DNA of 64,000 nucleotides, from NCBI GenBank assembly GCA_963743445.1, contig CAVUPL010000003.1, positions 375,984 to 439,983 on the forward strand. Reading direction: 5' to 3'. The stretch's first letter is position 1. Each line of letters begins with the position of its first letter. The position numbers were made by a program, and so were the translations under genes. The notes beneath the pieces are model-generated. The model was given only the letters and a program-made list of their open reading frames with translations. It did not search any database and had not been told where the DNA came from. Origin of the DNA: Vulcanimicrobiota bacterium. GTDB lineage: Bacteria > Vulcanimicrobiota > Vulcanimicrobiia > Vulcanimicrobiales > Vulcanimicrobiaceae. Below are positions 36,059 to 44,067 of this stretch, piece by piece.

Positions 36059-37008
36059 CTAAAGACGACAAGACCGTTAGCGGTGTGGATTTTTTTCCAG
36101 CCTTGCCAACTCCGGTAGGCGTACGCGCTCGGCTCGACGTACGACGAACCGCCGCCGCCGCCACCGCCGCCGAGGCCGCCGTAGTAGTAGTCGCCACCGC
36201 CACCGCCGCCGCCACCAGCGCCATAGTAGCCGCCCCCGCCACCACCACCGCCGCCACTGTAGTTGTCGAACGGGCCGCCACCCTGCCCACCTCTGCCGCC
36301 AACCGCGAGACTGCCGGGGCTCCCGGAATCTCCGCCGTATGAGCTTGCGCCGCGTCCGCCGTCTCCCCCGGCACCACCGTCAAGCTGCGTGCCACCGCCA
36401 CCGCCGTATCCGCCGATGCCGTCGGATGAGCCGGTAGAGGAGCCGTAGCCATCGGTTCCGGCGCCCCCCACGCTACCGCCGCCTTTACCGCCCCTACCAT
36501 CACCATAGCTCGCATAGCTGTATCCACCTGTACCGCCTCCACCGCCGACAACGAGAACGCGATCGGTCAACTTATCACCACCTTCCCGTATATCGGAAGC
36601 TCCGCCGCCACCGTACGCGCACCCGCTGCAGTAAGACCCGCCACCGCCGCCATCAGCGCCGCCGTTGAAACCGCCGTCGTATTTCGATCCTTGGCCGCCG
36701 ACAAAGACCGCTAACTTTTCTCCAGGCGTAACCGGGATGATCGCGTATACGCGCCCACCGAAACCTTGGATGTCGCCGCCTCCCTGGGCGCCGACGGCAA
36801 TCACCTTAAGCTTCTTCACGCCGCCCGGAACGGTGAACATCTGTTCTGCGCCCGTGTAGTTGAACGTCTTGTGGTACGGAAGTCTTTCGCCCGCGCCGTT
36901 CACCGGCGGCGTCGCGCCGCTGCTGCCAGCGTTACCTCCGCAGCCCGAAAGCATTACAGCAGCCGCGAAAATGCATAGCGCGTAACGGCCAAAATCCAAG
37001 CTCTTCAT
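36049..37008 (-). CDS. glycine-rich domain lipoprotein (Gly_rich/PF12810-like)
   Basis: MKSLDFGRYALCIFAAAVMLSGCGG.. then FNYTGAEQMFTVPGGVKKLKVIAVGAQGGG.. followed by about 200 aa of G/Y/S low complexity. It overlaps the downstream S53-like gene by 10 nt. Confidence 0.75.
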   Translation of the reverse strand: MKSLDFGRYALCIFAAAVMLSGCGGNAGSSGATPPVNGAGERLPYHKTFNYTGAEQMFTVPGGVKKLKVIAVGAQGGGDIQGFGGRVYAIIPVTPGEKLAVFVGGQGSKYDGGFNGGADGGGGGSYCSGCAYGGGGASDIREGGDKLTDRVLVVGGGGGTGGYSYASYGDGRGGKGGGSVGGAGTDGYGSSTGSSDGIGGYGGGGGTQLDGGAGGDGGRGASSYGGDSGSPGSLAVGGRGGQGGGPFDNYSGGGGGGGGGYYGAGGGGGGGGDYYYGGLGGGGGGGGSSYVEPSAYAYRSWQGWKKIHTANGLVVFSWQ

Positions 37009-37040
37009 CTACGTTGCTCCTCGTCGGGTAAACGGAATCG

Positions 37041-37086
37041 GCGGCTAAGGACGTTCGCCGCGGAGCTTCAGTCCCCAGCTTCAACC
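37041..37086 (-). promoter_or_regulatory. conserved leader upstream of the Gly-rich/S53-like operon
   Basis: Reverse complement reads GGTTGAAGCTGGGGACTGAAGCTCCGCGGCGAACGTCCTTAGCCGC (GGGAC-N17-CGTCC). Confidence 0.4.
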
Positions 37087-37173
37087 AACCGGCCCCGCTT
37101 CCGGATACGTCATCGCTAAAAGGGTGGTACAATAGTCACTGGACCGCTGTAAGTTCATCCGGACTAGACCTGC

Positions 37174-37350
37174 ATGCACGAAGTGATCGTAACTCCGTTT
37201 GGCTTTGCAACGACGGCAGATGATGTCATCGCCGGGCTGGACCTTAGCGGCAAGCAGGTTATCGTCACCGGTGGCGCTTCGGGCATAGGGCTTGAGACCG
37301 CTCGGGCCTTGGCGAATGCTGGCGCTGAAGTGACGCTCGCCGTTCGCAAT
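37174..37350 (+). pseudogene. N-terminal fragment of a short-chain dehydrogenase/reductase
   Basis: ..LSGKQVIVTGGASGIGLETARALANAGAEVTLAVRN (TGxxxGxG Rossmann start). Sense is then lost (RRRECGAALGRC..). Confidence 0.6.
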
Positions 37351-37405
37351 AGACGCCGGGAATGCGGCGCGGCTTTGGGACGTTGCGCTGAATCTGTTGT
37401 TCTAA

Positions 37406-38827
37406 ATGCGGAGGGGAAGGATGTCTGCTAAGCGGTTTCTCGTCCTTGCATTGCTAGGGCTTATCGTTCCAGCCGGATGTTCTTCTGCCAGCGGTACGCC
37501 TGCGGTTTTGACTCGCGCGCTGCCGCAGAGCGGATCTCCGAGTCAATACATTTCCCACGTCGTCGTCATCGTCCAAGAGAACCGCACCTTTGAAAACTTT
37601 TTCACCGGTTATCCCGGTGCCAACGCGCCGCCGTCGGGCTGCGCGATTCCAGAGGGACGCGCGCGACCGACGATTACCCGACACGTCGCGCGCCGCGGCG
37701 CGAGTTCGGACTGCCCCCGCGGAGATATCTCGGTTGCGCTCCAACCGATCACCTTCGTCGGTCCCGACTTGGGGCACGACTGGCAGACGTCTCAGACTGA
37801 TTACGACAAAGGAAAGATGGACGGCTTTTCCAAGTTTCACGGCAACTATGGCCCATATCCGGCGTATTCGTACGTCGAGCGGTCTCTGATCAAACCGTAC
37901 TGGGACATCGCGCGGCAGTACGTGCTCGCCGACGAAATGTTTCCGACGCAGTGGGGCGGGAGTTTCACCGGGCATCTGACGCTGGTCGCCGGCACCGACG
38001 ACATCGATCAATCGCCATCTGAAGCCGAAATCGACAACCCGACTAGGGCACCCTACGATTGCGATTCGCCACCGGGCACTGAGAGCTCGTACGTAACGTC
38101 CACACAGAAAGTGGAGATGAATAAGGGCCCGTTCCCGTGTTTCGACCAGTGGAACACGGTGGCCAACGTGCTCGATAATGCCGGCGTTTCGTGGAAGTAC
38201 TACGCGACCAAAAAGCTGGACGCGGGCATCTGGGAGCCGTTTGAAGCGATGCAGTACGTAAGATACGGGCCCGACTGGGCTAACATCATCGCTCCCCAGA
38301 CGAAGATATTAACCGATCCGGGCGACGGGGAGCTGGCATCGGTGAGCTTTGTCACCCCGAGCACGGCCGACTCCGATCACCCGATCGCGAAAAGCGACCT
38401 CGGGCCTTCGTGGGTAGCATCGGTGGTTAACGCGATTGGAGAGAGTTCGTACTGGAACTCTACGGCGATCGTCGTCCTATGGGACGACTGGGGCGGATGG
38501 TACGATAATGCGAAGCCGCCGCAACTCGATTATCGCGGGCTCGGGTTCCGCGTTCCTTGCCTTATCATCTCGCCTTACGCCAAGAGCGGCTACGTCGATA
38601 GCACGCAATACGAGTTTGCCAGCATTCTGAAGTTTATCGAGAAGGTCTACGGGACCGGAAGCATCGGCCCGCGGTCGCAGGGCTACACCGACCAGCGCGC
38701 AACGAGTTTGGACGCCGCCTTCGACTTCAACCAGAACCCGCGCAGCTTCACCCCGATTACCTCGAAGTATCCGATGTCGCACTTCCTGCACGAGCCGCCT
38801 TCGAACGGACCCGTCGACACGCAGTAA
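37406..38827 (+). CDS. phosphoesterase-family lipoprotein (PLC/AcpA type), paralog 2
   Basis: LIVPAGCSS lipobox. VVIVQENRTFENFFTGYPGANAP, HLTLVAGTD, SVSFVTPS..DSDHP, VLWDDWGGWYDN, LGFRVPCLIISPYAK. Collinear with paralog 1. Confidence 0.85.
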   Translation: MRRGRMSAKRFLVLALLGLIVPAGCSSASGTPAVLTRALPQSGSPSQYISHVVVIVQENRTFENFFTGYPGANAPPSGCAIPEGRARPTITRHVARRGASSDCPRGDISVALQPITFVGPDLGHDWQTSQTDYDKGKMDGFSKFHGNYGPYPAYSYVERSLIKPYWDIARQYVLADEMFPTQWGGSFTGHLTLVAGTDDIDQSPSEAEIDNPTRAPYDCDSPPGTESSYVTSTQKVEMNKGPFPCFDQWNTVANVLDNAGVSWKYYATKKLDAGIWEPFEAMQYVRYGPDWANIIAPQTKILTDPGDGELASVSFVTPSTADSDHPIAKSDLGPSWVASVVNAIGESSYWNSTAIVVLWDDWGGWYDNAKPPQLDYRGLGFRVPCLIISPYAKSGYVDSTQYEFASILKFIEKVYGTGSIGPRSQGYTDQRATSLDAAFDFNQNPRSFTPITSKYPMSHFLHEPPSNGPVDTQ

Positions 38828-38845
38828 CCTTGCAGCGTCGCCGTT

Positions 38846-40102
38846 TCACGGCGATAACGAGAAGACGGTTCCTGCGTTCTTCGCGCCGCCGGCAGTGGTC
38901 GTGCCGTAGAGCGTACCGTTTACATTGATGAGGCCGGCATACGGGTATTTGCCGTCCCTCGAGCCGCCGAAGCTGTGGAGCACGCTTTCCTTACCGGAGG
39001 TCGTAGTCTTGAAAACTGTTCCGCATCCATGGACGTCGCCGTACCGCACACCGCACGAAACCGAACCACCATTGGAGGTCGTACCGTACAGCGTGCCGTT
39101 GACATCGAGGAGGCCCCCATATGGAAACACGCCGTCCCCCGAGCCGCCGAAGCTGTGGACCACCGTTTCCTTGCCGGAGGTCGCGATCGAGAATACTGTT
39201 CCCCGGTTGTTCGTCCCGCCGTATTTACTCGTGCCGTACAGCGTGCCGTTGACGTCGAGGAGGGCTGCCTGCGTTGGGTATCTGCCGTCTCCCGAGCCGC
39301 CTTTGAAGCTATAGAGCACGGTTTCCGCGCCGGACGTCGTGATCGTAAAGACCGTTCCGCAACCTCCATTTGAGCTGCAGTTCGCGCCGCCACTAGTGGT
39401 CGTGCCGTAGAGCGTGCCGTTGACGTTCATGAGGCCTGCGTATGGGTGTGCACCGTCTGGTGTACCTGCGAAGCTGTGGAGCACGGTTTCCGTGCCGGAG
39501 GTCGTGATCGCGAAGACGGTTCCATCGCCGTTTGCGCCGCCGTTAAAGGTCGTGCCGTAGAGCGTGCCGTTGACGTCGAAGAGGCCCGCATCCGGGCCGA
39601 AGCCGTCTGGTGTACCTGCGAAACTGTAGAGCACGGTTTCCGTGCCGGACAGCGTGACCTTGAACACGGTTCCGCAATAGCACGAAGCACCTCCACCATT
39701 GACGGTGGTGCCGTAGAGCGTGCCCATGACGTTTATGAGGCCTGCCCGCGGGTTTTTACCGTCTCCCGAGCCAACTTCGAAGCTGTGGAGCACGGTTTCG
39801 CCGCCGGACGTCGTGATCGCGAAGACCGTGCCGCCGAAGCAACGGTCATGACAGGGGCCGCCCCCGTATACCGTGGTGCCGTAGAGCGTGCCCTTGACCT
39901 TAATAAGAGGACCGGCGTGCGGGTCTCTGCCGTCGTTAATCCCGCCTTTGAAACTGTAGAGCACGCGGTACGCGTGACGCACGTGCGTTCGCTCCGCCGC
40001 AACTCCGGCAGGCGGTGGGCTCAGCTGCGTGCTGCCGCCTTCGCACCCCGCTACCACCACGAATAGAATCACTGCAGCAAAGCTTTTCAGTCCGTCCCTC
40101 AT
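38846..40102 (-). CDS. GloVer-type tandem-repeat lipoprotein (different signal peptide)
   Basis: MRDGLKSFAAVILFVVVAGCEGG.. followed by 8 repeats (..AGLINVMGTLYGTT.NGG...GTVF.IT.SG.ETVL(Y/H)SF.G..DG). Ends GTVFSLSP*. Confidence 0.85.
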   Translation of the reverse strand: MRDGLKSFAAVILFVVVAGCEGGSTQLSPPPAGVAAERTHVRHAYRVLYSFKGGINDGRDPHAGPLIKVKGTLYGTTVYGGGPCHDRCFGGTVFAITTSGGETVLHSFEVGSGDGKNPRAGLINVMGTLYGTTVNGGGASCYCGTVFKVTLSGTETVLYSFAGTPDGFGPDAGLFDVNGTLYGTTFNGGANGDGTVFAITTSGTETVLHSFAGTPDGAHPYAGLMNVNGTLYGTTTSGGANCSSNGGCGTVFTITTSGAETVLYSFKGGSGDGRYPTQAALLDVNGTLYGTSKYGGTNNRGTVFSIATSGKETVVHSFGGSGDGVFPYGGLLDVNGTLYGTTSNGGSVSCGVRYGDVHGCGTVFKTTTSGKESVLHSFGGSRDGKYPYAGLINVNGTLYGTTTAGGAKNAGTVFSLSP

Positions 40103-40241
40103 GAAGCAGTATCACTTCGACAGGCTTGAGTGCCACCCGCCTCAGTCCGGATGCGTTTCCGATGCTGGCGCGGGCGTCCGGGCGCCTCGCAAAGGGGCTG
40201 AGTTAGCTCCTAGGGCGGTTAATCTCGTGCTAGCTTGCCGC

Positions 40242-40309
40242 GCTGGGACTGAGGGCTCGCGCGAAGAACGCTCTAGCCGACGATCGACCCGCGGAGCGAG
40301 GGGCAAGAG
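40242..40309 (+). promoter_or_regulatory. conserved leader upstream of the S53/phosphoesterase/propeller operon
   Basis: GCTGGGACTGAGGGCTCGCGCGAAGAACGCTCTAGCCGACGATCGACCCGCGGAGCGAGGGGCAAGAGATG. Confidence 0.4.
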
Positions 40310-41491
40310 ATGACAAACTCAGATTTTGGCCGATATGCGTTAAGCATTTGCGGAGCCATTGTAATGCTTTCAGGCTGTGGCGGATCGCAGCCGCCCATCG
40401 GCGCGCCGGGCGCCTCGGAAAGTGCTGCTAACGTGGTACATATGATCCCGGAGTGGCAAGCGAAGGGCCTCGCGCGAGCCGTCTGCCAGCAGGACGTCGG
40501 CAAGCCGACGTGCCTGGCGCTGACCCAAAGAGGAATTCAGCCGGCTTGCTCCGGCTCGAAGTGCGGTTGGGCGCCGATCGATTTCCAAACCCGCTACAAA
40601 CTTCCGATATCAAAGGGATCGGGACAAATCGTCGCTGTCGTTGACGCAGGCGACAACCCCAACGCCGCCACCGACATCTCGGAGTACCGCTCCGAGTTTG
40701 GCTTAGGGACGGCGAACTTTTACAAGTACAATCAGGAAGGCCAACAGGGCAACTACCCGAGCTATACTGGCTGGAATGTTGAGATCGATCTCGACATCGA
40801 GATGGTATCGGCGTCCTGCCCGCTCTGCACGATATATCTGGTTGAAGCGAACAGCGCTGACAGCGACGATCTCGATACCGCCGAAGTCGAAGCGGTGAAG
40901 CTTGGCGCGCACATCGTCAGCAACAGCTGGATTTGTTACGGCTCGGTCAACTGCGTCGATAAACACGACTTTGACAAGAAGGGCGTCACCTATCTTGCCT
41001 CCGGCGGCGACGCCGGTTCCTACTATACGGGAGCTCCGGCCGCGCTCGACAGCGTCGCGGCGATCGGCGGCACGCAGCTATCGAAGAATGGCTCGCAATA
41101 CAGCGAGATCGTTTGGGCCGATAGCGGCGGTGGGTGCGCGATGGGCGTCAAGAAACCGAAGTGGCAACACGACAAGTATTGCACTTACCGGCTGACCAAT
41201 GATGCAGGGGCGCAAGCAGGGTGTGGTCCCGGCGTTGCAGAGTATGATAGCTACGAAGGCGGGTGGTTCGGAGTCTGCGGTACCAGCGTGCCGACACCAT
41301 TGCTAGCCGGTGTCTTCGCTCTCGCCGGTAACGCTACGGAACAAAATGGGGGGCGAACGTTCTGGAAGAAAGCGGACCACAAGTACCTTTACCTGATCAA
41401 CGGGGGTCAGGACCCAGAGTGCGCATACAGTCAAGGCCATTACACGACGTGCGCCGGCTGGGGATCGCCGAATGGCATCGGCGCCTTCTGA
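40310..41491 (+). CDS. S53 (sedolisin)-family serine-carboxyl peptidase lipoprotein
   Basis: MLSGCGGSQPPIGAPGASES.. IVAVVDAGDNP, WNVEIDLDIEMVSASCP (Glu/Asp), VSNSWICYG, LASGGDAG, CGTSVPTPLLAG (catalytic Ser). Confidence 0.8.
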   Translation: MTNSDFGRYALSICGAIVMLSGCGGSQPPIGAPGASESAANVVHMIPEWQAKGLARAVCQQDVGKPTCLALTQRGIQPACSGSKCGWAPIDFQTRYKLPISKGSGQIVAVVDAGDNPNAATDISEYRSEFGLGTANFYKYNQEGQQGNYPSYTGWNVEIDLDIEMVSASCPLCTIYLVEANSADSDDLDTAEVEAVKLGAHIVSNSWICYGSVNCVDKHDFDKKGVTYLASGGDAGSYYTGAPAALDSVAAIGGTQLSKNGSQYSEIVWADSGGGCAMGVKKPKWQHDKYCTYRLTNDAGAQAGCGPGVAEYDSYEGGWFGVCGTSVPTPLLAGVFALAGNATEQNGGRTFWKKADHKYLYLINGGQDPECAYSQGHYTTCAGWGSPNGIGAF

Positions 41492-41514
41492 AAATCTTCG
41501 AATGGGTAAGCCAA

Positions 41515-43002
41515 ATGAAGACACTCGGCATCAGCCGCTATGCGTTCTGCGCAAGCATGAGCGTCGCTATGCTCGCAGGCTGCGGCGGCTCAGTTACTGG
41601 AGTAACTCCTCCGCATCCAAGCTCGCCGGCTTCGATCCAGCACATCGTGATCATGGTGCAGGAGAATCGCAGCTTCGACAATCTGTTTGCCGGCTTCCCC
41701 GGGGCCGATACTACGATGGAAGGGCTCTGCAAGCCCAAGCTTCCCAAGACAACATGGTGCAAAGTGGCTCACGACGTTCCACTCAAACCTATCAAGCTCG
41801 AGGACGGTCACGTTCCAGCAGGAAAGGACATCTGTCACAGCCACCAATGTTTCAAGATCGAATGCGACTTCGACAAGGCGACGAACGTTTGCCTAAATGA
41901 CGGCTTTGACCTCATCGATCTCGGTGAAGTTCAAACGGGCGTGCCAGCAAAGCTTTACCCATACGCATACGTCGAACGTTCGGAGACGAGGCCGTACTGG
42001 AACCTTGCCAAGCAATACACGCTTGCCGACAAGATGTTCTTCACTGCTACCGCGTCGAGCTTCATCGCGCATCAAGAACTGATCGCGGGAACGGTACGGC
42101 TCAGCGACGACAAGTCGCTGACCGACCAGCCCGACGCGACGCCGTGGGGATGCGATGCTCCCCCTGGGGCACAAACGCCGCTCTTATTCCGCGATGGCCG
42201 ATCGTTTGAGGCACCTCGTCCCCACAGCGCCGGGCCACCCTATTTGCCATTTCCGTGCTTTACGCAATACCGGACGATGGCCGACCTTTTCGATGCCGCA
42301 AACACGAGTTGGAAGTTCTATGTGTGGTGGATGTTTGGAGCGCACGCCGACTTTTCGGGTGATGTCTGGAATGGCTTTGACGCCATCAAGAAGATCGCGT
42401 GCCCGTCGAGACACTCGAACGCGAGTGGACAACCGGTCTGCAGCCGCGGAGAAGACTGGTCGCATATGAGCTTCCCAACCACAAACCTGTTCGCCGACAT
42501 CAAGGAGGGTAAACTGCCGCAGGTCTCTTGGGTCATCCCGACGCTTTGCGATTCCGACCACCCTGGGAGCGGTGCGAACCGAGGGCCGAAGTGGGTCACG
42601 GAAGTTGTCAATGCGATCGGCACCAGCCGGTATTGGAAGAACACGGCGATCATTCTCGTTTGGGACGACTGGGGAGGCTGGTACGATAACGTTCCGCCTC
42701 CGCAAATCAATTACACCAGCTTAGGATTCCGCGTTCCGATGATCGTGATATCGCCCTGGGCGAAGCCGCACTATATCTCCCATACGCAATATGATTTTGG
42801 CAGCATCTTGAAGTTCGTTGAACAAACTTTCGGATTAGGATCGCTCGGGACGAGCGATGCCACAGCAAACTCGATGGCCGATGTATTCGACTTTGCGCAA
42901 CGCCCGAACAGATTCGAGCCGGCCCCGTCGCCGCATGTGACCTCGTGCCCAGCCACATCTTTCTCCGAGTTTATTGAGGAGAACGGCGCGCCGCCAGGAT
43001 AA
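41515..43002 (+). CDS. phosphoesterase-family lipoprotein (PLC/AcpA type), paralog 3
   Basis: MKTLGISRYAFCASMSVAMLAGCGGS is the module's signal peptide without the SQPPIGAPG linker. IVIMVQENRSFDNLFAGFPGADT, QVSWVIPT..DSDHP, LVWDDWGGWYDN, LGFRVPMIVISPWAK. Confidence 0.85.
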   Translation: MKTLGISRYAFCASMSVAMLAGCGGSVTGVTPPHPSSPASIQHIVIMVQENRSFDNLFAGFPGADTTMEGLCKPKLPKTTWCKVAHDVPLKPIKLEDGHVPAGKDICHSHQCFKIECDFDKATNVCLNDGFDLIDLGEVQTGVPAKLYPYAYVERSETRPYWNLAKQYTLADKMFFTATASSFIAHQELIAGTVRLSDDKSLTDQPDATPWGCDAPPGAQTPLLFRDGRSFEAPRPHSAGPPYLPFPCFTQYRTMADLFDAANTSWKFYVWWMFGAHADFSGDVWNGFDAIKKIACPSRHSNASGQPVCSRGEDWSHMSFPTTNLFADIKEGKLPQVSWVIPTLCDSDHPGSGANRGPKWVTEVVNAIGTSRYWKNTAIILVWDDWGGWYDNVPPPQINYTSLGFRVPMIVISPWAKPHYISHTQYDFGSILKFVEQTFGLGSLGTSDATANSMADVFDFAQRPNRFEPAPSPHVTSCPATSFSEFIEENGAPPG

Positions 43003-43081
43003 CAGCGCAACCACGATGCAAAGCCGTGATGTCGTGCATGCCGAAGCGTTGCCATGGCGTTCGCGGAAGGAAGCAGAGCAG

Positions 43082-44062
43082 ATGAAGAGCTTGGGATTTG
43101 GCCAAACCCTAGGGATCGTAGCCGCGACGGCATTGCTGGCTGGATGCGGCGGATCGCAGCCGCCGATCGGCGCGCCGGGCGCGTTGCCGCAAAGCCGCGC
43201 GATTGCAACGCACGCCGAGCACGGCCGGTCAACGACCATGCAAGACATAAAGACTCAGAACTTACTCTACGTTGCTGACTATAGCGTAGGAGTTATCGTT
43301 TATACGTACCTGCCGTCGCACATGAAGTACGTTGGTCTTTTATCAGGGCCTTCGTACCCCAGGGGAGAGTGCGTTGACAAGGCACAGAACGTGTGGGTCA
43401 CAAACGGCGATTATTCGATTCTCAAGTACGCCCATGGCGGGACCAATCCAATTGCAATTTTGAGCGATCCTATTGCCATCCCGGAAGGCTGCGCCGTTGA
43501 CCCCACAACCGGAAACCTTGCGGCCGTCGGCGCTGGGGAAAACGGAATTGGACAAGTTGCGGTTTACAAAAAGGGCCGAGGTAGACCGGCCATCTACCAC
43601 GACCCTAGCTTCGGCGACATGTTCTCCTGCGGTTATGATAACAATGGAAACCTTTTTATCGACGGCATGGTCGTCCGCGGCTCCCTCCGTTTTACCGAGC
43701 TTCCAAAGGGGAGCGGCACATTCAACAGCATCACCCTCGATCAGTCATTCTTCGGTGAATGGGGCGGTGGCGTTCAGTGGGATGGTAGATACGTCGTAGT
43801 CGGAGACTTGCTTAAGGCGGTCGTCTATCAGTTCGATATCGACGGGAGCGCCGGAACCGAAGTCAGTTCGACACCTTTGGATGGCTCCGGTACCGTCTCT
43901 GAATTCTTCATCGACGGCGGTCGAATAATCGCGCCAAGTTCTTTCCCAGCCCGAGCGGGCTTTGTGAAGATTTATAACTATCCGGCGGGCGGGTCGGCTG
44001 AAAAGACACTCCATAACTTTAGCTCTCCAGACGGGGTCGTAGTCAGCCTCGGACGCCGATAG
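43082..44062 (+). CDS. lipoprotein, beta-propeller-like paralog family A
   Basis: MKSLGFGQTLGIVAATALLAGCGGSQPPIGAPGALPQSRAIATHAEHG.. Core at 43145-43164. ..GCAVDPTTGNLAAV.. is shared with the other family A members. Confidence 0.8.
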   Translation: MKSLGFGQTLGIVAATALLAGCGGSQPPIGAPGALPQSRAIATHAEHGRSTTMQDIKTQNLLYVADYSVGVIVYTYLPSHMKYVGLLSGPSYPRGECVDKAQNVWVTNGDYSILKYAHGGTNPIAILSDPIAIPEGCAVDPTTGNLAAVGAGENGIGQVAVYKKGRGRPAIYHDPSFGDMFSCGYDNNGNLFIDGMVVRGSLRFTELPKGSGTFNSITLDQSFFGEWGGGVQWDGRYVVVGDLLKAVVYQFDIDGSAGTEVSSTPLDGSGTVSEFFIDGGRIIAPSSFPARAGFVKIYNYPAGGSAEKTLHNFSSPDGVVVSLGRR

Positions 44063-44067
44063 ACGCG

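Noticed and set aside
8125-40102. Diversity-generating retroelement or phase-variation shufflon acting on the GloVer/propeller paralogs
   Set aside because: No reverse transcriptase, template repeat, or site-specific invertase gene is present in the window. The paralogs each have their own start and leader, rather than sharing one expression site.
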